64,000 nucleotides of DNA, from positions 1 to 64,000 of the IMG/VR virus record IMGVR_UViG_3300045107_000159; one strand, given 5' to 3'. Position numbers and translations under genes: made by a program. Below are positions 52,088 to 59,234 of this stretch, piece by piece (within the stretch, counting starts at the first letter, position 1; each line of letters starts with the position of its first letter). The notes beneath the pieces were generated by a model. The model was not told the origin of the DNA. It made no database searches and worked only from the letters and a program-made list of their open reading frames with translations. This stretch comes from a virus.

Positions 52088-52267
52088 AATTACCGTTTGA
52101 ACCGATTAGTGGTTTGAGTTCAGGCAGGAAGGGCCGGCGCATTTGTGTCCGGCCCTTTTTCCTGTCGGTCACCGGGGAATTCCTTTCGGTTATAAATCCG
52201 CCCATACTTATTGCGTCCGATAATAAACCTTATGTATCGACATCCGATAGGAGGGAACTCGCCGGCG

Positions 52268-52549
52268 TCAGCCAGGCGCGTCTATCGGCTGCAGGAAGCG
52301 ATGCTCGACGGCCTCGCGCAGTCGGTTCATTTCCCGCTGCGTGTCGAACGCTTCGACCATTTCCGCCCCGATTTCGAGCGTGCGCATCATCCTCAGGTAA
52401 AACTGGTGGCTCAGCATGACGGCAACCGGTTCGCCCTCGGCCTGAATCACCACGACCTGGTCGCCGAGCTCGCGCAGCGCGCCGGCGTCCTCTTTGTGCA
52501 GCGCGTTTACATCGACGTAGCGCACGGCGCCCCCGTTCGGTTCGTTCAT
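52268..52549 (-). CDS. small protein with Phd/YefM-antitoxin-like N-terminal pattern (tentative), 93 aa
   Basis: ATG at 52549 forms an ATGA overlap with the upstream stop. VVVIQAEGEPVAVMLSHQFYLRMM resembles the beta-strand/helix core of Phd/YefM antitoxins. No recognisable toxin partner is nearby. Confidence 0.3.
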   Translation of the reverse strand: MNEPNGGAVRYVDVNALHKEDAGALRELGDQVVVIQAEGEPVAVMLSHQFYLRMMRTLEIGAEMVEAFDTQREMNRLREAVEHRFLQPIDAPG

Positions 52550-53043
52550 TTTCTCCCTCCCTCGTCTTTCTGTTTTGTCTGAAGTCGTTCGTTCAATTTG
52601 TCGATCAATCCGAACAAATAGGATCGGCCGAGGAATTCTTTTTCTTTTTTGGCCAAGGCGACGATGCAATCGCCGAGCTGGTGGATCATTGTTAATCGGA
52701 CTGCTCTCGTCTCGCGCTTCTCGGCCAGGCTGTCTAGGTTAAAAAGCGCGATTTCCGCAAAGGCGCGCGTTTCCTCTGGCGCGTTGGCGTAGTACCCGGC
52801 GTCAGCCAGTCGTCGGACTTCTCTTTTCCAGCCCTCGCAGACCGTCCAGCCCGCGGCGAACGCTTCACGCTTCGACTTAGGCCACTGCTCCGAATTTCGC
52901 CAGGGCTTGCCGTGGTGGCATAGAAACGGGATCGGGCCGAGCGCGCAGATTCGCCCCTTTAGACTTGAGACCGTTTCAACGTTGGCGGCCGCGCCGGGCG
53001 TGAAGGCGCACCCCTCGCATGGTTTATTACAGTTCACATCCAT
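52546..53043 (-). CDS. Cys/His-rich hypothetical protein, 165 aa
   Basis: N-terminus CNKPCEGCAF ... C ... FLCHH ... C suggests metal binding. Helical C-terminal half. Confidence 0.5.
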   Translation of the reverse strand: MDVNCNKPCEGCAFTPGAAANVETVSSLKGRICALGPIPFLCHHGKPWRNSEQWPKSKREAFAAGWTVCEGWKREVRRLADAGYYANAPEETRAFAEIALFNLDSLAEKRETRAVRLTMIHQLGDCIVALAKKEKEFLGRSYLFGLIDKLNERLQTKQKDEGGRK

Positions 53044-53669
53044 CCCCTCATCTCCCGGATTCGATTTCTTGCAGCCAGCGCGGCCTGGAAGTCGCCCACG
53101 TTCCCGTTCCCGGTGTCGCTGTGTGTTTTCCTGAGCGCGTCTGCCGCCACTCTCTCGAACAGTTCCCTACTCGCGAGAAGCTCCACCGGCGTACATTCGA
53201 AAAGCGCGAATTTGATCAACTCCTTCGCTCTCTCGGCGGCCTCATCGTGCAGAGATGCCGGCTTCAGTTTTAACCATCCGGTGTACTGCTCCTGTCTCTC
53301 GGAGGTCGCCCCGTAGCGTTTTACGGCGCGCAGGCATTCGAGCGTGAGCGCGATCGCGCGCACGTTCGCCTCCCAATGCGTGTAGGTGTCGCACGGCATG
53401 ACCATCCGCCCCTGCTTCGTATCGAAGCTGACGATCACCCCCGGCTGAGTCGGCCTGGCTCCGGATTTCGGCCAGCCGTCATTTCTAATATCGCCGAGGC
53501 TGAAGAACCCTTCGATGGCTATCGACCCCGCGTCTAGGTGGTTGAGCTCGGCCTCCAGCAAGTCGAGCGTCTTCTGCCAGCCCGATTTAAACGGGCTCCT
53601 TTTTCGCTGTTCGCCTGGCGTGGGCTTCGACGGCCAGGCGTTGATGGGTTTGAATCGGCAATCAATCAT
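53034..53669 (-). CDS. conserved phage protein with degenerate J-domain-like C-terminus (tentative), 211 aa
   Basis: Start MIDCRFKPINAWP... matches an N-terminal pattern I recall from alpha-proteobacterial prophage proteins annotated as DnaJ-like. The C-terminus DALRKTHSDTGNGNVGDFQAALAARNRI resembles a J-domain with HSD in place of HPD. Confidence 0.4.
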   Translation of the reverse strand: MIDCRFKPINAWPSKPTPGEQRKRSPFKSGWQKTLDLLEAELNHLDAGSIAIEGFFSLGDIRNDGWPKSGARPTQPGVIVSFDTKQGRMVMPCDTYTHWEANVRAIALTLECLRAVKRYGATSERQEQYTGWLKLKPASLHDEAAERAKELIKFALFECTPVELLASRELFERVAADALRKTHSDTGNGNVGDFQAALAARNRIREMRGWM

Positions 53670-53976
53670 CGTTCCCTTTTGCCTCCTGCGTGCTATCGGG
53701 CGTGCTAGTACCAGCAATAGCGAGAGTGCTGGTACTAGCAGAATTCAATAAATGCGCCGCGTTCATCAATTTGGCGTAAAGCTCCTGGGTCATTCGGGCT
53801 TCGAGCGCGTCGTTGATTTGGTTGGCGGCCGCTATTAAACGCCCCCGGGCGTCGGGGTCCGGATGTGTCTGCGCGTCAGCTCGGATCTGAGCCAGTTCGG
53901 CCAGTAGCACGACGGCCAGATAAGTCGCGTTTGGGTGCGCGTTTGGCGCGCTGCTTTTTTTTGCTCTTGCTGCCAT
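53662..53976 (-). CDS. hypothetical protein, 104 aa
   Basis: GGAGAG RBS 5 nt upstream of ATG 53976. The C-terminus is encoded across the palindrome pair 53703-53740 (ASTSTLAIAGTST). Confidence 0.5.
   Translation of the reverse strand: MAARAKKSSAPNAHPNATYLAVVLLAELAQIRADAQTHPDPDARGRLIAAANQINDALEARMTQELYAKLMNAAHLLNSASTSTLAIAGTSTPDSTQEAKGNDD
53703..53740. repeat. pair of 14-bp palindromes TGCTAGTACCAGCA / TGCTGGTACTAGCA separated by 10 bp
   Basis: Read directly. The two sites are reverse complements of each other and one mismatch from the perfect palindrome TGCTAGTACTAGCA. Confidence 0.9.
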
Positions 53977-54505
53977 ATTTGCTCTCCAAGTCTGCTATCG
54001 CCTGGTTGGTGTAATGACCGGCGTAACCGCCGTCGCTCCGGCGGGTGAGGGTCCACCCGCCGCTGTGGTCCTGGAAGTAATGTCCGGGCGCCGTGACCTT
54101 CGGGTACTTCGGGTTCTTCTCGAACAGCTTCGGCCGCCAGACGATCTCCTCCGCGATTCCCCAAAGGCCGTCGAACTCGCCGAGCTCGCCGAAAGTGCTA
54201 GTACTAGCAATCGGCGCTGGCGGCGCGGTCGGTTGGGGCGTTGGGAAGAAGTAAACATTCGATTTCTGCTCCAGTTTTAGAGCCAGCGCGCCGGCCGTTT
54301 GTGGCTCCTCTGCCCTCATTTCTGACTCGGCCAAGGCGCTCGGTATAACTTGTTGTGTCGTCGCCGGTTTCGGAATTGTGCTAGTACTAGCAATCGGCTC
54401 CATGCTGGTACTAGCAACCGGGTCGACCGGATCTCTCGCCGCCGTGATCTCGTGCGATGGAGCCGGAGGGCTCGAACTCGGCGCCTCCGGCTCCGCACAT
54501 CCCAC
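53876..54505 (-). CDS. P/T/A-rich hypothetical protein (start uncertain: GTG 54505 or ATG 54403)
   Basis: Only the 3' ~200 codons of the tracked 355-aa ORF look protein-like (GLWGIAEEIVWRPKLFEKNPKYPKVTAPGHYFQDHSGGW). The 5' part overlaps the better gene 54514-55317. The last ~100 nt overlap the next gene. Confidence 0.35.
   Translation of the reverse strand: MGCAEPEAPSSSPPAPSHEITAARDPVDPVASTSMEPIASTSTIPKPATTQQVIPSALAESEMRAEEPQTAGALALKLEQKSNVYFFPTPQPTAPPAPIASTSTFGELGEFDGLWGIAEEIVWRPKLFEKNPKYPKVTAPGHYFQDHSGGWTLTRRSDGGYAGHYTNQAIADLESKYGSKSKKKQRAKRAPKRDLSGRRATGRTGSDPS
54195..54208. repeat. perfect 14-bp palindrome TGCTAGTACTAGCA
   Basis: Read directly. Extended identity GCCGATTGCTAGTACTAGCAC (minus strand) is shared with the copy at 54379. 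Confidence 0.9.
54379..54416. repeat. pair of 14-bp palindromes TGCTAGTACTAGCA / TGCTGGTACTAGCA separated by 10 bp
   Basis: Read directly. Same pair architecture (24-bp centre-to-centre) as at 53703-53740. Confidence 0.9.
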
Positions 54506-54513
54506 CTCGGCGG

Positions 54514-55317
54514 CTACATTTTTCCCGGCGTGGTCTTCGGCCAGGCGTCCGGCTTCTGCTGCCCGGTACGGGTCGTGTGGCCGAGGGCGCGCGCCACTTC
54601 CTCGCGTAGCGCCTCGTCGGGAATCTCCTCGACCATCTGCCGCTCTTTTTGTTGCAGGTCGAGGAAGGAGCCGAGTTTCTGCAGGTAGCGCCCTTTGAGT
54701 TCGATCCGCTCTTCGAGGTGCGTTAATTTTTCCCGGTCGAGCTGTGACTCGGCGCGCATTGCATGCGATTCGGCGACCATCTGCGCCTTTCTGGTTTCGA
54801 TCTCCACCATTGTTCTCGCTTGCTCCTGGGTCACCTTTTGACTGAAGTGCGTCAGGTAGATCGCGAGTGACCCGACGAAGAGCAGCGCGAACAGGAGTGG
54901 GAAGGCGACGTTTTGCGAATAGGCCTCGATCGTGTGCTGCCACTTCGCGTTTCGCTCCACTTTGAAAAAGCTCAGAGTCGCGTGGGTGAAAGAGAAGACC
55001 GTCAGGACCGCGCCGGTAATTCCGAGCGTGGTCTTATGCAGGTCCGCCGATCTGACGAAGTTGATGATGCAATACATCGCCAGCGCTTCGAGGCCGAGCG
55101 CGAACAGCGCCGTCAGGTAGGCCTCCCACCCAGGAATGGTGGTCAGGAACAACTTGACGTTGTAATAGCCGAACAGCGCAAAGAGAGCGAATTTCAGGTA
55201 GTAGGGCAGGCCTTTCGCGGGCGCCAATTTGAAGCCCTTGGCCGCGCGCTCCTGCCTTTGCGCCTGGCGTGCCGCCGCGCCGTCGCGGTCCAAAAAGTCA
55301 TGGATTCTTTCGAACAT
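54514..55317 (-). CDS. polytopic membrane protein with C-terminal coiled coil, 267 aa
   Basis: 4-5 hydrophobic helices (YLKFALFALFGYYNVKLFL, LTALFALGLEALAMYCIINF, ITGAVLTVFSFTHATL, FPLLFALLFVGSLAIYL) followed by a charged heptad region. Confidence 0.6.
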   Translation of the reverse strand: MFERIHDFLDRDGAAARQAQRQERAAKGFKLAPAKGLPYYLKFALFALFGYYNVKLFLTTIPGWEAYLTALFALGLEALAMYCIINFVRSADLHKTTLGITGAVLTVFSFTHATLSFFKVERNAKWQHTIEAYSQNVAFPLLFALLFVGSLAIYLTHFSQKVTQEQARTMVEIETRKAQMVAESHAMRAESQLDREKLTHLEERIELKGRYLQKLGSFLDLQQKERQMVEEIPDEALREEVARALGHTTRTGQQKPDAWPKTTPGKM

Positions 55318-55736
55318 GGTTTCTCCCTTCAGGTTGGGAGTCGTAGACGTGACAATTCACATTGGCTAGGTGTAAATTGCGACCGCCTCACGACATCGCG
55401 TTAAGTCTTTGTCGTTGAGGTTCAACGCCCTGTGCGAGTGTCGAAGCTCACGCGCAGGGCGCAATTTTTTAAGGGATGAATTGGTAGGCGGAAATGAAGC
55501 GCGGGCAGTATAGCACGAGCTCGCGATTTGCTATGAAATTTTCCCCGCGCGGACCGAAAATGGACATAGGTTTTCGCCGCGTATTGACCTTAAACGAGTT
55601 AAAGAGTGAACCACATGCCGAGGCGAGGTCATTCGTATTCATTTTGCTATCCCCTTCCCTATTGGATTTAAAGCGCTTACGGCATAGCACGCGCGGCGAA
55701 ATCCGCGAAAAATGCGCCGGTTTTGGCGATGGCTGG

Positions 55737-56951
55737 TCAAATTTTGGTACTGGCTTCCTTCGTCTCCTCACCGTCTTTTTCCCCGTCATTTTTGATCGCT
55801 AATGTTTCGAGAGCGGCGGCGGCGCGCGCGACCGAGCCGGGGTGCATGTGGGAATAATGCGCGATCAGATGTTTCGCCCGGTGACCGGTTATTAGTCCGA
55901 TGGTGTCGTAGTCGAGGCCGGATTCGACTAGCCTGGTCGTGACCGTGTGACGCGCTGTGTGAAGCACCAGGCCGTCTTCCAGGTTCTTACCGTACGGGAT
56001 GCCCAACTGCTGACAGGCCCGCCCGAGAATCACGTAAAAACTCTGCGTGATCCCTCCCTTCTTCGAAAAGATGTATTTCCCCTTCCAGGTTTTCTTTCGC
56101 TCGTTGAGCAGTCTCTCAATCGGCGGAATTAGCGGGATCTCTTTCGGCGTTAAGGTCTTGGTCTGGTAAATGTAAATTTTCCTTCGCTCCCAATCCACGT
56201 CAGTCCATTTGATCGCCGTAATCTCGCTGTGCCGCGCCGCGCTCATCATGGCGAACTCGAATATTTGCGCGACCCTAAGACGGCCCCGGTAATTTATCGT
56301 CCGAGTTCTTTTCATTTCCCCTTCGTCTTCGCCCGGCGGCCGCCGCAAGTGGGCGATGATCCGCCTGTGCTCCTCTTCAGTGACGATCCTTTCCCGGCGC
56401 GATTTTACGACCTTTAGTCTCGGCACCTTCGGCGCTTTCCACTGCTCGAGCTCCGCGAAATAGTCGCCGGCCTGGTTGAGAGTCGAGGCGATGACCGTCA
56501 ACTCTCGGTTAATGGTCGAGTTCGCGACTCCGTCCGCCAGGCGTTGGTCCACGTACATGCGTAGGTGGTGGGTCTTCATTTCGTCGACCCTCACGGAGCA
56601 TCGGTACTTGTCGGTTGGCGTGAAGTCTTCCGCTAGTTTCAAATGCGGGTCAATGAGCCTGAGCCATGTATACAAGACGCGCCGGGATCGGCTTCGCTCG
56701 ACCTGCTCCTGTATCGCGCGAAGTTTCTTCTCGATCAGTTCTTGCAGTTTCGGGCGGTTGATCGCCAGCGTAATGCCGTATTTCGCGTCCCGCTCCGCCC
56801 GCCGGATGCCGCTGACGACCTGCTCAGCCTGGTCGCGCGTCTCGAACTCGTAACGCCTAATTCGCTTCGAGCCGCCGCGGCCGTTGTTCACTCGGATGTC
56901 GTAGCCCCACATTTTTCGGCCGTGCTTCTCCGAATAACGTTTGCTGATCAT
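55737..56951 (-). CDS. int: tyrosine recombinase (phage integrase)
   Basis: 404 aa. Box I ARHSEITAIKWTDVD, box II LHTARHT (HxxR), and ITGHRAKHLIAHYSH (catalytic Tyr region). Confidence 0.85.
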   Translation of the reverse strand: MISKRYSEKHGRKMWGYDIRVNNGRGGSKRIRRYEFETRDQAEQVVSGIRRAERDAKYGITLAINRPKLQELIEKKLRAIQEQVERSRSRRVLYTWLRLIDPHLKLAEDFTPTDKYRCSVRVDEMKTHHLRMYVDQRLADGVANSTINRELTVIASTLNQAGDYFAELEQWKAPKVPRLKVVKSRRERIVTEEEHRRIIAHLRRPPGEDEGEMKRTRTINYRGRLRVAQIFEFAMMSAARHSEITAIKWTDVDWERRKIYIYQTKTLTPKEIPLIPPIERLLNERKKTWKGKYIFSKKGGITQSFYVILGRACQQLGIPYGKNLEDGLVLHTARHTVTTRLVESGLDYDTIGLITGHRAKHLIAHYSHMHPGSVARAAAALETLAIKNDGEKDGEETKEASTKI

Positions 56952-56954
56952 CGT

Positions 56955-57413
56955 TCACGCCTCCGGTGTCTCGGCAGGTTTCTTCTTGTAGTTGAGATGG
57001 ATGGCTAGGATTGAGGGAATCCCGAGGACGAGAAGGTATTTAAGCCCGTGTTCGTTCCTTTCCTGCTCCGTCGGCTCGAAGTCGACGACCACTTCGCCCC
57101 CGCCGCCTCTTAACGGATCGTCGTCTTCGACGTGCGTCCCGTAGGTGGCGCGCAGCCCGTACGCCAAAAGAGCGGTGATGACGATGGAGTAAAAGTAGGC
57201 CAGGGATCTCCCTTTTTTCGAGTTCCAGCGCCTCAAGTCGCGGTTCTTCGAATTGTTTCTGGCGTCGTCGAGCAAAAATCGTGTGAGATGGAAGGCTCCG
57301 GCCACGATCAGCCAGGAGCCGAGAGTTTTTGAAACTTCAATAATGACGTGTCCGAAGTTCATATCAGTGGCTGACGGTGGGGCGCGGAAGAGACCAACAA
57401 ACCGCGCTTCCAC
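56955..57413 (-). CDS. membrane protein upstream of int (start uncertain: GTG 57413 or ATG 57362)
   Basis: Three hydrophobic segments. The stop lies 3 nt before the int ATG, implying co-transcription. A superinfection-exclusion role is speculation. Confidence 0.5.
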   Translation of the reverse strand: MEARFVGLFRAPPSATDMNFGHVIIEVSKTLGSWLIVAGAFHLTRFLLDDARNNSKNRDLRRWNSKKGRSLAYFYSIVITALLAYGLRATYGTHVEDDDPLRGGGGEVVVDFEPTEQERNEHGLKYLLVLGIPSILAIHLNYKKKPAETPEA

Positions 57414-57443
57414 CCGACTGAGGGTATCCTTCTGTTGATGGCG

Positions 57444-57686
57444 TTAGGAGCTCACCTGTTTATATAAAATTCTCGGTTGATACTGGCGGACTTCCCTTAT
57501 CACTCCGAGGTTAGCCTGGCCGCAATATTCTTCGACCAGGATGTTTTTTGAATCGTCCAACTCGACACCAACCAACTCTCCTATTTCGGGGATCGCCTCG
57601 GAGTCGAGCTCGACATAAACGTCTTCGTATTCGAGTTCGATGAAATACAGGCGCGCCGGCTGGCGCGTGGGCGAACGAGACTTCAT
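57444..57686 (-). CDS. small acidic hypothetical protein, 80 aa
   Basis: AAGGAG RBS 6 nt upstream of the ATG. Confidence 0.55.
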   Translation of the reverse strand: MKSRSPTRQPARLYFIELEYEDVYVELDSEAIPEIGELVGVELDDSKNILVEEYCGQANLGVIREVRQYQPRILYKQVSS

Positions 57687-57992
57687 TCGGGACTCCTTTT
57701 CGGGGCACAGGCACAGACAAATACACGAATCAGGGGAAGATTGCTGGCCCGTTTACTTGAAGTCGTTCCCACCACAGCGCGTACTCCACCGACACCTCTT
57801 TCATGCATGGGGTTTTTTGCCGAAATGGCTTAGAGAGAAGTCGAGCCGCTGGCCGGTCAGCGCCTCATTGCCGAGCCCTGCTTGTCGCTTTACACACCGA
57901 GAACTGAGAACGAGCTTGCCAGGAGTTGAAAAAAAACTCGGTGCGTCCGTGTGTCAGTAGTTTGCTTGGGGAACCTGCGCCTACCCTTGCGT

Positions 57993-58307
57993 CTACCCTT
58001 GGCCTTTTTTCGCGGTCACAGGTCGGCCGATCTTACCCTTTAACCGGCTCGATTCTTTTTTTGCTGATGGGAGACCTTCATCGAATATTCCGAAGGGAGC
58101 CAGGAGCGGCGCCTCTTCTTCGTTTTCATCCAGCTTGCCGTCACGCAGATAAGCCGCGATCCCCCTTATCAGGAGTTTTCGCGCGAGTTGGCTTCGCGAG
58201 CGGTCGAGCGCCGAATGCATGCGCTCAATCCAATCTGCGACGGCAGGAGGCACTTTGCATGGAACTTCCACGAGCACCTCGCCCGGTTCTTTCTTGGGTC
58301 TTCCCAT
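57993..58307 (-). CDS. ribbon-helix-helix (Arc/CopG-type) transcriptional regulator
   Basis: LVEVPCKVPPAVADWIERMHSALDRSRSQLARKLLIRGIAAYL fits the beta-strand / helix / helix RHH pattern. First gene of the leftward arm and divergent from a second RHH gene. Confidence 0.6.
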   Translation of the reverse strand: MGRPKKEPGEVLVEVPCKVPPAVADWIERMHSALDRSRSQLARKLLIRGIAAYLRDGKLDENEEEAPLLAPFGIFDEGLPSAKKESSRLKGKIGRPVTAKKGQG

Positions 58308-58396
58308 GGCTAGCGGTATACACTAAAAATATTTTCAATAGTATTAACTCTTTAAACTTGTAAAACTATTTAAGCTAGCTTATATTCCCCTCCGCG
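58308..58396. promoter_or_regulatory. AT-rich divergent promoter/operator region (genetic switch)
   Basis: The most AT-rich 89 bp in the window. Rightward promoter: TTGTAA (58358-58363), 17 nt, TATATT (58381-58386), only ~10 nt before ATG 58397, so the mRNA would be near-leaderless. The 10-bp palindrome AAGCTAGCTT (58372-58381) lies in the spacer. Leftward candidates: TTTAAA, 17 nt, AATATT on the minus strand. Confidence 0.55.
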
Positions 58397-58648
58397 ATGG
58401 AACACACAACAACTGAAACCGCTGAGAAACGTCCCAATAAAGTCGTATGTGGCGCTACGGTCGACCCGGCGGAAGTGGAAGAGGTTGTCGGTCTTGCCCG
58501 ACGGCGCACTTGGAGCAAAGCCCAAACTGCAGGGTACTTGATCAGACTCGGCCTTTTTGCGCTGAAAAACGGGCTAGATGTGGAACTAGATCGGCAGGAC
58601 GCGGAGGCGTCCGCCACGAGTACTGAGGGGCTGTTTTTACAATCTTAA
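58397..58648 (+). CDS. ribbon-helix-helix regulator (Cro/Mnt-like role, tentative)
   Basis: VVCGATVDPAEVEEVVGLARRRTWSKAQTAGYLIRLGLFAL fits the RHH pattern. No SD. The promoter -10 sits just upstream. Confidence 0.5.
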   Translation: MEHTTTETAEKRPNKVVCGATVDPAEVEEVVGLARRRTWSKAQTAGYLIRLGLFALKNGLDVELDRQDAEASATSTEGLFLQS

Positions 58649-58771
58649 ATTTCGAAATCCCCGCAAGCGCGGGGTGGGCTGGTAGGCAGGCGGAATGAAG
58701 CAACGTCGCTGACCAGTATCGGCGTGGGCGAGCCTCGTGCCTCGATCTCGCCCACGCCCAAAACGATTCTA

Positions 58772-59101
58772 ATGGAGCCGACCGAGAGACAACAAGACGA
58801 ATGGATGGATTATCGGGACGCGGCGCTCTTGATGCACCGCCCCGCCTCGTACTTCCGCCGGCGGAACGAACTCGGCGAGTACGAGTACTTTCCATCCATC
58901 GAACGTTGGCAGCCGGGCGGGCGCGGGACGCGGCTTTACGTGAAACGCGAACACGTCGAAGCCTGGATCGCCGCCAGCCGCACCCCGGCTCCGTGCCCGA
59001 TCCCGAGCTTCGAGCGGCCAGTCGGCTACGAGAGTATGCGCGACGAGCTGATTCGGCTCGGCGCGTTCGGGACGATGAAATCTCTCGGTTTGAGTTCTTG
59101 A
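58772..59101 (+). CDS. excisionase-like HTH DNA-binding protein (tentative)
   Basis: ATG at 58772 is preferred over GTG at 58724. WMDYRDAALLMHRPASYFRRR ... RLYVKREHVEAWI resembles the excisionase / MerR-type HTH_17 pattern. Confidence 0.4.
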   Translation: MEPTERQQDEWMDYRDAALLMHRPASYFRRRNELGEYEYFPSIERWQPGGRGTRLYVKREHVEAWIAASRTPAPCPIPSFERPVGYESMRDELIRLGAFGTMKSLGLSS

Positions 59102-59195
59102 GTGGCTGACGGCGCATGGGGCGCCGTCGGGCCGGGGCTTGACTCAGCAGGGGCAGGCCCCCGACTGAAACCGGGGCGCGCATATGACGACTCCC

Positions 59196-59223
59196 GCCAG
59201 GAGGGTGCGCGCCTCGGCTTTTT
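59196..59223 (+). terminator. weak terminator-like hairpin
   Basis: GCC-(AG)-GAGG, loop GTGCGCG, CCTC-GGC (7 bp with a 2-nt bulge), followed by TTTTT. Abuts the reverse-oriented 11-mer copy. Confidence 0.35.
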
Positions 59224-59234
59224 GCAAATTTTGC
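59224..59234 (-). repeat. dispersed dyad 11-mer, copy 7 (GCAAATTTTGC on + strand, i.e. reverse orientation)
   Basis: Exact reverse complement. The only intergenic copy. The 14-mer 59222-59235 is the exact reverse complement of CGCAAAATTTGCAA. Followed by the perfect tandem GTCGGTAGAA GTCGGTAGAA (59235-59254). Confidence 0.9.

Noticed and set aside
53950-53965. A AAA AAG (dnaX-type -1 slippery heptamer) on the minus strand in the overlap between two leftward genes.
   Set aside because: The downstream ORF is in the +1 frame relative to the upstream ORF, not the -1 frame, so a canonical -1 frameshift would not join them.
53876-54943. Full 355-aa tracked ORF.
   Set aside because: The 5' ~145 codons are R-rich and overlap the well-formed membrane-protein gene 54514-55317 in another frame. 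Only the 3' part is kept, at low confidence.
55469-55802. ORFs 55469-55789 (-) and 55494-55802 (+) in the spacer next to int.
   Set aside because: They are mutually antisense and have no RBS and odd composition. The region is better explained as non-coding (attP or regulatory).
58309-58379. Two GCTAGC hexamers in the switch region sharing the GCTAG half-site of the 14-bp palindromes.
   Set aside because: A 6-bp palindrome of this composition is expected many times in 64 kb by chance. I mention it only as a possible link, not as evidence.
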